Shown: piece by piece, positions 27,488 through 41,000 of the stretch
Layout of the letters: the number at the start of each line of letters is the position of its first letter
Position numbering within the stretch: position 1 is the stretch's first letter
Source: Bugula neritina
Taxonomy: Eukaryota; Animalia; Bryozoa
Assembly (NCBI GenBank): GCA_964035545.1
Contig: OZ037767.1
Location: 28,164,628-28,228,627 of the forward strand
Direction of reading: 5' to 3'
Length of the DNA: 64,000 nt
The notes under the pieces: model-generated
Database searches by the model: none
Told to the model about the DNA's origin: nothing
Seen by the model: the letters and a program-made list of their open reading frames with translations, nothing else
Translations under genes and position numbers: made by a program

Positions 27488-30400
27488 ATGGAGTGGATAT
27501 ACATAAAAATTATCTTTATTTGTACCAGCTACACCATCGTACAGGAATGCACAGCGTGTAAGTTAAAATTAAATCAATATTGAAATGTATTTCCAAAGAA
27601 AATCATATAATGTTTATGAGCAGACTGCAACTTATGACTAAATGAAATACATTCCAATGGTGACGTGATGTGAATTAGATTAAAGTTTAAAAATCAAAAT
27701 TGATTAGTTTCAATAAAAAATATGTTCAGATGTTAGTCTTGCATGACCTTACATTTAATTATTCTATTCATAAAGATTAGATTAATTTCTTTTGTTTTCA
27801 GTCACGACAATGAACATGGATATCTACGTATGCCAGAATGGATATATCCCACCAAGCAAATGTTTTCATGAATTCTCTGTGATGCATGTTCGTTCGGTGA
27901 GCCTTCAGTTCAAAGACAGCGCTGTCAACGTATCAGATAGAAGTACGAGGTGTCATCGGGAGGTCAAAGTGCAACGAAAAATCATCAGTAAGTCTCAAAT
28001 TATACTATATTTCAACTTAACACAAAGATAATTAACATCTTCAACTTAAAAGCCTAAACTGATACAGTAGACCTAAAATATCATCTAACCTGATACATGC
28101 TGCTTCACACAAATCCTAAAAGTCTTAATTCTACTTCGTCATTCCAACCAAGTCTCAAACACAAGATCAACTATGAGAATAACCTCAGAATGCAGTAGAT
28201 AGTTTCATAGAATGATATTTCTAGACATCCTGGACCAAGCCCTGACCCCACAGTACAGATACATATACAGGTGGGCCAGACACAAGTGCCAAGGTAGGAG
28301 GGAGTGTCTACCTGGTAGACTACCCAGGTGGGATCAGATCCAAGGAGACGGCACGGCTGAGGGGAAATACTTTAGCGGGATTCGTATAGATGCAGCGTGT
28401 GACAGTGAGTTGACAATATGAATCTCTAATATCAAAGTTGCCTTTTTAACATATAGCTAAAAGAAGAACTTTATCCCAATAGTCTATGGTCAAAAAGTTG
28501 AATAATTTTACCATCAAGGTGAAAGAGGTTTCACATATTTAGGCTGAACTGCCATTAGTGTAATTCAGTATTACCACAGAATGAAAAAGTAGCCCCAGCA
28601 CCACAAGTCAATCTTGTATGTGGTGATGATGGTAGCATTACAAACAAAGAAAACAGATATAACACACTTGGACGATGATCCAACACTATTTATATGTTAA
28701 TCCTCAAACCTTTATAAACTTATATCTCATGCAGCTGCACCTTGTAGTATGAACATTAATAATACTATCATCATATGGTACTCTGTAGCAATACCAGTTC
28801 CCACAGAGGAAGCTCCCGTATCCACGACAACGACATCCACAACTACAACAGCCAAAGCTGCCGCCATATCTTTCTACATTCTCACACCGCAGCTGACGCA
28901 CATAGAAAGTAAGTCTTAGAGTCTACACTCTGATACGTAACCAACACAACCATGAAATTACAAACGTAACATTCAACTAGACTGTAGAGGTTATTAAAAT
29001 TTCCATCTATATTTTGACTTACTTTTAGGAATTATGTTGGGGGTAAGCTTAGGTCTCTCGATAAGCATACTGTTGGTAACCCTGCTACTTCTGTATCACT
29101 GGGACACCATGCGAAGGAAGAGAAGACTGCTGGAAATACTGGATGACATCGGAAGGCCCCATGAAGAACACGACTGGTACGTTGACGAGTTGGTAGAGGA
29201 GCAGAAATACTGTCAGATGAATTCGATAAAACCAGACGAAATAATGACCTTGGACAGAATTTCACTGCTTTGCACAAAACAGGTTATATCTGAAGACAAC
29301 TTGAGCGTATACTCGCACAACTTCTGCGCTACAATATCACGGAACAGCGTCAGAAGTAACGGCAGCAGAGGCAGTGGCTGGAGAAGCAGCGGTAGGGGAA
29401 GCAATAGAGGATACACAAATGATGCCTTCTCATCTCTATTAGATACAATAGATGCCACTCGGTCAGGAGGCTTACAGATACCATCAATAATAATAAGCGC
29501 TCCTATGGATTATACATCAGGTACTTATCCATCAAGTTTAACTCTAGACCTCAGAGAGTACATCCAGGTCAATCTCCTATTAAAGTTGAAAAAATCAAAA
29601 CCACAAACTCAAATAAATTAGTGATTAGGTGCCTTTAGTTTGAGATTATGCAACTTTCCCCTTGGAGATGGTAAGTCTTTAAAGAAGCCATTTTGTAGTT
29701 GTTAGCGAGCACATTTGGGTACCGTGTGATTCTATAACACAATTGTCATCATTTGGGAAATGGGTCTCAGAAGGACTGGTTTCATTGCAGTTTAATGTAT
29801 ATTTTCTGCCATTAACAAACAGCACTCAAGCATATTATTGATAAACAAAAATACATGGGGAGGTAAACTCTATCTATATGACTACAAATTGAATCCAAAT
29901 TCAGCAACTAAATTATGACAACATGAAATTGATTTTAGCCATAAATAAATTACTTATTGCAATTGTAGAGGAGAATATGGATTTGGAGAGAAGGATGGCC
30001 GAGACACTAGGATACCACACATTAAATGAGAAATCAGTGACACATGACACTTTGACTAGTGATACAGGTGCTTTGACAGACAATATGGACGGTTTGACTA
30101 GTTTTATAGATGCTTTACAAAGTAATACAGAAGCTCCAATTAATAATACAGAAATAGAAACTGAAACTAGTATTGAAGAAGATGATAGTTCGAGAAACAC
30201 ATCAGAGACAGGAAGTTTGTATCAGCCAACTGAATGCATGGAAGAGCTTATAGAACCTAAACTTTACAAAAGTACAGACACTGCTATATTCAGCACCAAC
30301 AACAATACAATAACAAGTATCACAGAAATCACACTAGCTCCAAGGATATGGGTAAGTTTCGTTGTACATACCTATTCATGATAAATTAAAGGTCAGGGAT

Positions 30401-31101
30401 AGCAATAAATTTTGCTGCAAAGTCAGGTGTATTTTGGGAATGTGTGTGAAGTTTTTAAGAGATGAAATAATAGGAGTTTAAATTTCACTAGAAAAAAATA
30501 ACACACAAATCTTCTTATGACATATCTTGTATATATTTTACACATATCTAGCATGTTTGAGGTCTGTTGTCACCTTAGGATATTATTAATCCCATTCACA
30601 AGCTACTAAATCCACTTGACATAAACACATGCACACCAAAATACAACTGTCATGTTACAGTCAGACAAAGGTGATACCTTATTGATACTTTTTCAAACAC
30701 ATTCGTCTTCTTGCATATGTTTACACAAAACAAATCATAATGTCAGTTAGATTCAGTAGGCTTCCAGTTTTCTAATGATAACAAAAATGCTGGCAGAACG
30801 TTTTTTAGTGTTCCTTTAAAGCCAGAAGTCCAAGAGAAATTTTGCAAATTATAGCATATATCAACATAATATTTCAAAATTGCCTTATACTACCTACATT
30901 TTGGTATACGACATACAAATAGATTCTACTTTTTACCTTTTATTCTAGAGAGTGGAAGCTCGGTTCAACACGGCGACCAAGAAGAAAGTGCCTATTAGTA
31001 ATATACAAACTAAAGTTCATGTTATTGAACCAACTTACTACAGATGTGACTTGATACAAGACACGCAGCAAAACATGACTCTGGAGTTGGACAAATTTTA
31101 G
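27488..31101 (+). CDS. SUEL-like receptor family paralog 5, ~527 aa; exons 27488-27557, 27802-27987, 28225-28404, 28789-28908, 29029-29520, 29969-30351, 30949-31101
   Basis: Signal-like exon MEWIYIKIIFICTSYTIVQECTA; 6-Cys version of the domain (YRYIYRWARHKCQGRREC...LPRW...KYF); Thr stalk; TM; KPDEIMTLDR, NFCATISR and ENMDLERRMAETL motifs. The last exon is less certain. Confidence 0.8.
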
Positions 31102-32448
31102 TCTGAATCATTTTACTTGAAATATTACAAAAACTATTATTATTATTATTATGCCATAAATTTAGTTTCAAACTATTTGTATATTAGCCAAAAGATATTT
31201 TGTTCTGAGTTAAAACTCTGATTAGAAAATTGAGAACTGGAAACATTTTATTGAAAAACATATTTTTATTGACTAGTTTTCTTTAGTTTTCAACTCCAAA
31301 CGACAATCTCTGATGATTTCTGGAGTCAAAAGCTTAGAAAATTTGTTCAACAAAAATTTTTTTCTCAATACTTTTAGTTGCATATCTCCATAATATTTGT
31401 ATATCAGTAATAATTACTGCGATTTATCTATAATATAAAACTGAAAGAACTTAATAAACAATTCTAAAACATTTTATAATTATACTGCATATAAGTCTCA
31501 TTTTCCTCATTGGTAGTCCATAATTTACTTTATAGTATATAGAAAATAGGTGCATGACACATTACTGGTAATAATTACTGTATTCATAAATACTGTAAAG
31601 ATTTTGAAACCATATTTTAATAAAATTATTGAACCAACTTTAGTCGGAGTAGAAAGATAAAAGATGTGAAATTAGTCAGTTTTTGTCATCAAGTGATCAG
31701 CGCAATGAAGTGGACGAAGATCAAATAGTTGAAGAAATTTCACACTAAAAGTAGAAATCAGTTGCTTGCAAAATGCGTGGGGTGAAACTTATTTACCTTC
31801 ATTAGTTATAGATCATTAATATTGAGGTTGGCAATGCTACAGTATTTCCCACATGTCAATGCTTCAGTAATATGTACATTTTGGTTGATAGAATTCTGAT
31901 AGACCTTAATTTATTTTTTCCTTAAAGGCCATTGCAAAAACTGTTAGTCCAATACTGACGTAGTTAAATAGATATAAACATAATGCATAAATATGAAAAT
32001 TATGTGATCATTGAAAACATAACGCTAATAAACCATAATTATTGGATGAAAACAATGTATAATTATTGTCTGCATTTAAAACTTAGCGTAAATTGAGTCT
32101 AGAACTAAGGATTCAGGCATTATTTGAGTGGCGATAAAATTACCGCATTCTCCTATCTCCATAGATACGAATAAACAGTGGAGGTCAATGTATTACTATT
32201 TTCCTTGACATTCAACACACTATTGCTGCCAAGAAAGTTAGTCAATGATAATGAAAGGAATGACACTTTTTCCTAAACATATTCCGTAATTATTATTAAA
32301 TCATAAGGGAATAGACTAGTACATGTAATCTATAAGTAAAGCCATTTGGCTGCTTCACACCACACACAACGCAATACTCATAGACTAGTGTATTAAGATG
32401 GCCAACTGGAACATCTATCATGAAGTCAATCCTTAGTAATGATTGAAC

Positions 32449-34185
32449 ATGGAAACAACCAACACCACCAACAGCCATGAGATCTTGGAAGTTGAAGGGA
32501 ATTCATCAACACACAACACCACCATCGGGTAAACATGAATCCCTGTTCTATTTCAATATCATTAGAATATCATTTTAAAATCATCTCTTACATCAATCAT
32601 ATGTCAATGGATTACTAGCAGTCTTAACCACTCTTGTTAAGCTGAAAACCTGGTGTTACAGATACTGTGTAATATGATTATTACCATTTGTATAATAAAA
32701 GGTACTATTTGATTAGATGTAATACACCTGTGTTTCAGATACTGGTCTGACAGCACCATGGCCCAATTTCCAACCAACCTAACTAAGTTTGGTGTGGGAC
32801 CTTCTGTCACTGCCACGATAGCAGCGCTGAGTGCAGCTCTAGTTTTATTTCTAGTGGCTATGTTATTGAATGTCAAGTTAAAAAAGAAGTAAGTTACACT
32901 CTAACTGCTCATAGATAACAGCCAAGTCTAGTTCAATATAAAATCATACTACACTAACTTTTTCAGTACAACAAATTCTTGGTCAAAGTGTTAAATCTAT
33001 TAACTAGGACGAAATTGATTTTACAAAATTTTACATAAACTCTCAATAGTAATTTATAGAGCATTATTTACAGGTAAATGCAACTTTTCACCTTAGAAAT
33101 TTGCATATTAGATATTATAGTGCTTCATGATAATCCTGTAGGTAGGACATAATCCTATAGTTTCATCATCCGTGTTAAGTACATTAGGTACTTAAACTGA
33201 AGTGTAAAAAGTTGAAGTGGAACATGTTGAAATGTAACCTGTTGGAAGTGTAACATGTTGAAATGTAATATGTTGAAATGTAACCTGTTGAAGTGGAACA
33301 TGTTGAAATTTAATATGTTGAAATGTAACATGTTGAAATGTAACAGGTTAAAACACTAGCATTAAAGGTCTGCTGCATAGCATATTTTCCACTATTAGAA
33401 GGATTGAGTATAAAGGAATCTCACCTAATAGCATTTTGATGTGAGAAAATGGTAAAAACTATTATTCCGCCTTACACAATGTATGCATGGAACACATTGG
33501 CTCATGGCAAAAAATTTATCTTTTATCTTTAGTAAAGTAAGCAAATATCAAGCTTTCTGGTAATATTAGAATTAAAAGACTCATGAAAAAGACCGAGAAA
33601 CGTTTACACAAAGACAGTTATCAATACTTTTTTGCCAATTGCATCAATTGACAAAACTCTACAATCTACACCAAAACACTTTGATAATTTTCCAGCCATT
33701 GTACCATGACATATTCATTGTCTAGGGCACAAGTACAAGCTGATGTAACTAATCTCACGGAGTTGGAGAAACTGGCGAATGAGAAGCTGACATACGAATT
33801 CCTTCCTAAAGTCCTACTGGGTGATGCCAAGAGGCGGGGCAAAATAATAAACAGGTACCACAAGCAACCAAGAGACAGTGTGTGGACAACAAAAGGGTCA
33901 GCTGGCACCAGTAGAAACGGCTCCTTAGTTGATGATGAATGTCCAGAGAGTGTATTTGAGAGAGAAATTGTGTATCATGAAGAGGAAGCAAAGAAGGCGT
34001 TTTACCGGCTGGTAGGACGATCGCCGATAGTATACAGCTGGACTGGACACGGGAAGCAAATGGATTCACTGGATCTAGCAGAGTTTGAGGAGTTCCAGAA
34101 TATGTTTGACAAACCATCTCTACAGAAAGCTCCTTCGGCGTCAACGAATTACAAACTCGACGAAACTAAGGAGATTGGAGAATGA
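32449..34185 (+). CDS. Uncharacterised single-pass type III membrane protein, ~229 aa, with Tyr motifs; exons 32449-32528, 32739-32888, 33726-34185
   Basis: Two phase-2 GT-AG introns join in frame (690 nt). No signal peptide. The N-terminus has sequons NTT, NSS, NTT and NLT; TM SVTATIAALSAALVLFLVAMLL is followed by KLKKK; the tail contains LTYEFL. Confidence 0.75.
33211..33350. repeat. 15-bp minisatellite
   Basis: gttgaaatgtaacat, ~9 copies. Confidence 0.85.
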
Positions 34186-35009
34186 AATTCCTACAGACAA
34201 TGCCATACAAGCATCTCATGATATTCTATCTCAAAGAGCTCTGATTCAGTAATCAATATTAATATCCGATGGCAGGCAGGCAGGCGTGTTATTATTGACA
34301 CAACCCTATAAGCTTACTAGCATTTTAATTACGTAATAATTAAAGCATAACCTTCTTGACACTAAATTTCACCTTAAATTAATTAAGCTCCATTTATTAG
34401 TCTGTCACAGCCTAACAGTTTATCAACGTAAAAGTGTAATTATTTCAGTAAGAAGTCTTCTCCATGAACATTTTTATCTCGATGTCCACACTGATGTATG
34501 CTTTTGTCATGCACTGTGCGCTTATAGCACACAGAAGTGTTTATAGCAAACTGAATCGGTTATCAACCATTATATTTGTTTATTAAGTGTAAACTATTGT
34601 TTTGTCCTTTTTGTAGCTTCATGGTGTTAAATAAAATTAAAACCATTCTTTCAAAAGTCAATTTATGTCAAAGTAATCTATACTTCTACAAGTAGGTGAC
34701 ACATACATAAATACCTAGGCAGAGTTACTATAAATAGATCTTACCTCACTGTAGCTGAGTGTCGGTGAGGACAGCAAGAGGGGGGGGGGTTAAGTTGCTA
34801 ACCTAAAGCTACGCTATATTATAATCAAATCAAATCACCATACATAAAATACAAAGCAGCTTCACAAAATCAAAAGTTTGATCAGCATCTCAGGTGTTAT
34901 AATATAGCCTGAAATTAACCAGTAAGCCGGTCTTGCAGATACCTGTGCAAACCTATACACATATTGGTACTAGTAGAAACAGCAATGGAGGTAGAAGCAC
35001 ACAACTTAC

Positions 35010-38000
35010 GTAGGATTCTGTACCAGTCTTCTGAAAAAGTAGGTCCACGTGACGTAATCCATAGCTTCCTGTTTGTTAGTAACGGTGCCGGCGACTATCT
35101 CAGCGTTCATGTGGTCAGCAAGAACCTCTAGCAAGCTGACGAGAATACAAGACATGAATTAACAGATCAACACTATTAGTGAATATTCTGTATTTACCTG
35201 CTGCAGGTTTGAAATTTGTTATCACAATGTCAAATTTGGGAGCAAATTTTAAAAAATATTTTTTATAGCAAGTTGAGGATTCCATTGTTAAACGGAAAAG
35301 TTAAGGAAATAGCAAGTAAGTAGGCTTATGTTGGTTTATTCAGAGTGTGTGAGTTTAGTGTCCGACTGGTAAGTTTAGTAAACTGTGGCGGCCTAAACGT
35401 CTAAAAGGACTAATAATGGCAGTTCAAAGTTGCTTTCTCAGCTCAAGTTAGATTTCCAAATATACATGTATCTTTGGAAACCGTGAAACAGTAACGAACT
35501 AGAAGCCGTTATATGTATTCTAGAGTATAAAGCTACAATATAGAAATATGCATAGTATAGATGCGAATAATGTTAAATATCTAGAGTTCATGGAGATCAT
35601 GTGAGAAGGCTCTAGAAACTTCAGTGGTGCCATTAATTATCCTGTAAAAGTTGAGCTGCACTACTCCATACAAAAACAAGAATGAACTCAGAGAAAATAT
35701 TATTAATGAATGCAAATTCTTAATTAATGTGATATTTAGGGTCATATTTGGAAGTGAGAAATGCATCCTACTGTAGACAAAGGAAATACGAGACGTAGTA
35801 ATTAGATCAGAGAGCACCACAAGGATTGCCAAGTTTACCTCGACTCCACCGGAAATGGTTCATACAGAAACTTCTTGTAGAAATGCTTCTTGGTATCCTG
35901 TACGAGAATAACGGCCACTCCATTGTCATCAAACTGGGGCCTTCCCGCACGTCCCATCATCTGGAGCACATCTGGCAACACCAGAAAACAACTTGAGAGA
36001 AAAACAGCAGAGTAGCTAACTATTAGAAGAGATAAACTAAAGGACAATAACTAATTTTCCAAGTTAAAATCTTCTTTTTCTCTGAATGCATTGAAATGAA
36101 TATTTGTGGTAATAAAGGTATGTTTTAGAAACCTAGACACCACCAACCATGTCTGATGTATTATGATTTTAAAACTCTAGAGAAAAATATTATTCATATT
36201 TACTATGATACTGCTAGTTAAAAGCTCATGCTTTGGAGCTCTTGCAGTAACTTGGTAATTAAGTATACTAGTATCTACTTTCCAGTTACATACGCTCTCT
36301 CCTACCTCCCCCTCATCCCCTTGTGTTTCGTACACACTGTGTCAACTCCGAAATATATGACGCATGTAATTAGATCCATTAGTAAACATTATTATGCTCA
36401 CAATAACTTGCTACACTAACCAGTAAGCCAAAAAAATTGCTAAATACTTAAAATTGAAGTTTATAGAATATAAAATATATGTTTATTGCATTGAAACCAG
36501 ATATATGCTATGAATATGAAGGTAATTTCAGTTCCATGCATTGTATAAATATCTATAAATATGTAAGGTCATTGAGATGATCACCATGATTTACTAAATA
36601 GATAACCACAACAGTTACATGACAGCTCATTTAGATCACCAGTAGGCTGTATCCTTAAACTACACGTTTACTTTATTATCAAAACAAGTGGAAATTAGCA
36701 TAAATGTCATTCACCAAACCACCAACTGTCTATAAATACACATGACTATTATTATATACCATAGTAGTTCTGATGGACTATTAATAACCTTCCACAATTT
36801 AGGTTGAGAACTATATTGCCAAAAATCTGATTAAATTATACTTTTTCATCACAACTTTGTTTCCAAAACAATGTTAATATATTATATAAATAAATCAGTT
36901 TTGACTATGAAATATTAGTTTGGCTATAGGTTATAAACAGAATCAAGCAAACATGAAATTATTAACTTTAGGGTCAACTATGAATGACCACAAAACAGAC
37001 ACAAACATTACCAGTAATTGGAAAGTCCACATAACGCTTCAGTTTTCCATCAAAATATTCCGTGCCCTTGACTACGACCAAATGAGCTGGGAAGTTAACT
37101 CCCCATGCAAGTGTGGACGTTGCTACCAGAATCTGGAAAAGTATAAAATGAATATTTCAATAAAAAATATTTCATCAATCAATTCATCACATTGTGGTAT
37201 TCAATAAAATATCTAATTTGTCTTGGTTAAAGCCATCCATATTCCAACGCACATTTATATATAGTAAAAACCACAGTACAAACTTGCATATTTAAAAAGT
37301 TTCAACTCATACACCAATGTCTAAAAATACCTTCCACTAGTGCTAGTTTCTTTAAAGTTTAAAAACTCTTTAAACTGCATTAGACAATAACTAACAGACT
37401 ACCGTCAGCAATATCTACATAAATGTAGTCTTATTATAATTAGTAATGTCTATATAAATATATAGTCTTGTTTTTAATATTTCATCTACACAGATATATA
37501 GTCTTGCTATTAATATTTTATCTACATAGATATATAGTCTTGTTATAATTATTAATATCTACATAGATATATAGTTTTATTATTATTATTATCTACATAG
37601 ATATATACTTGTAATACATGATAATCCCCCAAGATGCCATATGAAATCCTACTCAAACAGCATTATAGTAATAAAGCCCTAGTAACTACAAGCTACCACA
37701 GCTTATAAGCTCAGACTGAGTGGGTGGAAGGAGTTACTGGGTCTACTGAGGCACCAGTACGGCGTTGCCAACGCCATTACAAGGCAAAGTTGCCATTACA
37801 GAACAAAGTTGCCATTACAGAACAAAGTTGCCATTACAGAACAAAGTTGCCATTACAGAACAAAGTTGCCATTACAGAACAAAGTTGCCATTACAGAACA
37901 AAGTTGCCATTACAAGGCAAAGTTAACTGCAATGCCCCAACCTGGATTTTCTGGTTCACAAACAGTTCCTCAACAACTTTACGGTCTCTTTCATGGAGAC

Positions 38001-41000
38001 CAGCGTGATGCAATCCGATGCCAAACGCCAGAATAAACTTCAGATTTGTATCTCTTATGCCTTGAATGATATTCTCCATCTGAAAGTAGAAGATGTACCA
38101 TAACAGGCGTACAATACAATGAAAGGGACTGTATGTATAAAGTGTTTGGTTTTTTAGCAGAACTTAATATGAAAATCACGTAATGCTGAAGTTATGGGAG
38201 GAGATAAAGGATCCAGCATCAATCTGTATAAAAAGAGGGAGGAAAAGGTGAGAATGGCATGGCATGGCTGTTTGCATTCTAAAAGGTTTAGAACGGCATG
38301 TTTTCTGATAATCAGATTGCCTAAACTAAATCAATCAGTTCTGGGCCAACTTACAAAGGATTTGAGAATCTGGTATATGCAGGTTATCGACCATCATTAC
38401 TCACGATTTACAGCAAATGGTAACAAACTTCAGAATTACTCCTTGTCATTACATGAAGTCGATTTTCACTCAAAGTTACCTCCACATCCAACATGTTGAG
38501 CCACTGCTTAGGGTTATCATCGGCAGCCAGCAAGGAGATGAGGTCCAGCGCTGTCAGTCTGGTCTGCCTTCTGGAGGAGACGAATATCAGCACCGGCTTC
38601 TCAGGGGAATGCTGCTTGATAGCTGCAACCACAATGACTCACTAAACAGTACTCTACATGTGTTGACAGTACTTTACATGTGTTGAACATTACTCTACAT
38701 GTGTTGAACATCACTCTACACGTGTTGACAGTACTCTACATATGTTGGACAGTACTCTACACATATTCAACAATACTCTACATGTGTTGAACAACACTCT
38801 ACACGTGTTGACAGTATTCTACATGTGTTGAACAGTACTGTATCACTCTACATGTGTTGAAAAGTCTAGCACAATAGACTAAAGACATTTGTTTATTAAT
38901 TTGCTATAAAATGGTGCGAGTTTCTCTGCTCTGCAGTGCTCTGTAGGTGATAGCTTGGTATTGAGCTTGAAGCACATCAAGTTAACTCCTAATCTGAACA
39001 TAAATCAACCAGATGCTTTGTTGGTGTGCCTTGAAGCCTGTCAAAGTGCAGTGCCAGAAAGCCAGTGATCATTCACAATATGGCTGAAGCAAGAAAGTAT
39101 GCAGTCAATAAAAAAATTAATAATTTATGAGTGTTGGGTTTGGCAGAAGATGTTGGGGAGTTGACAGTGTGTTAATGATATTCAGTATAGCTCAGTAGTT
39201 GGAACACGTTCTCTTTGACAGCAGGTGTTCAGGGTTGGCCCTTGTCCTAGCAGGTAATGCGCATTGTGAATGTGTTCAAAGGCTTTAGAAGTGGAAGTTA
39301 TGTTGGGCTGCATGTGCTGCAGCTCTACTTGACTGAACAATGACTACATGTGCCGATGCTCACACCTAATGGCTAACAACTGAAATTATACAGCCAATTA
39401 TTCTACCAAATGAAAAGTGAAGCAACAACTCCCTGCTGAGTTTCTCTCAGGCGAAGTTGGCTGAAGCAAGTCAAGCTGACCAAAAGTTTGAACCAAATAT
39501 GATAACAATTTCATTCATATAACCTCGTTTTGCATCAAAACAGGCCGGTGGCAGAAAGTTCTGCCCCACAAGTAAAGTGTATAAAAAATATTCCCCAAAT
39601 TTAATCACGATGTTCTTATATTGACAGTGTTGTTTTAAGAATTTTCACCCAAAAACTTTTTCTGAGGCGCGGTTAGTGCAATTTATAAAAGGGGATAAAA
39701 GCTAAACCCCACAAAGGTTTCTAATGCTGAGACTCATTACCATATATATGACATGTGTAGACAATTCCAGCTGCTCCACACTGGTTCTTATTACATCATT
39801 AAAATGTGATGTTGAATTTCTTGTGACATCAACTCTTACCTCGGAACGCTGGCTTGTTCATAGTTGCCATTCGTGGGCAGTAATGTTTGCCAGGAAACCC
39901 AGAAATATGAACCTCTAATGGGACAGGTCTAACACTGGGACGAAAGTTGAACAGCCCCATCTACAGCATTATCACATAGCTAAGTATTTAAGTCTTTTAG
40001 TGTAAACAACATAAATAGAAAAGTTTTGATGAAATAAAAAATAAAGCAAATGTTTTAATTGTCAACGTTTAAGCAAAACAACAGAATATCGAACTAAACT
40101 ACATAATAATATGACGTATAAAGTAAAGGCAACATAGTATATTTATAGAGTATACTGTCAACACATCAAGGCCTAAAGTCTACTGACCTAAAAATGTCAC
40201 AATTATTTATACCCGAAATTTGTCAAAAAGGCTGCGAGATTTGGCACGAGAAATTCTGATATTTGCTCATGACACAAATACTTTGATCCGAAATTATTTA
40301 GGTCAGTTGATTTTATTAATACGAAAATAATTACAACAAATCTTCTCTTCAGCACTGCATAGAAAATCAGTCAATAAAAGCATTATAAGACTTTTAGATT
40401 TGAATGAGTCATACTAAGGTACAGGTGTAGAAGCTGCCTACCTCTTTGATCCCCAGCCAGTCAGCGAGATCTCTAGCATTAGCCAATGCAGTGGAGAGTC
40501 CCACAACTCTAACCTTGTGTCCAGTGTTGGCTGATATAAAGTTGGTACGAGACACTACCACTTCTAACACAGGCCCTCTATCAGCCCCTGTGTAGAACCA
40601 GAGCTATGTTTACAATTAGGGTTGAAACTGTACACATAATTATGTAATGTTATAACACAAAATATGAAGCATTATTCTTCATTTTTATCTACTCCTTAGT
40701 GTCATAAGAATGCTGACGATATTTTTTCTATGACTAGGTTTAAGATTCAAAAATGCCTCAAAAATATTTCCCTAACTAGTTATATAATATTCCAATCACA
40801 AATCCTGGATTCAAAAAGCGCACAGTTCCATGCTACTCATACATGGAATACGTAGATCTTAGGCTAACCTCTAAGAATTATTCTAAATAGACTGAGGACT
40901 ATAGTTATTTTCAATATTGAGTAAATGAATATTACAACCTTAAACACAATCAATATACTAATCATCATAAACTGCAGCAGCATTGTTTGTCATTGAATAT

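Noticed and set aside
37724-38036. ORFs containing [19 protein letters not shown] repeats
   Set aside because: Products of the 19-bp minisatellite, antisense to an ASCC3 exon.
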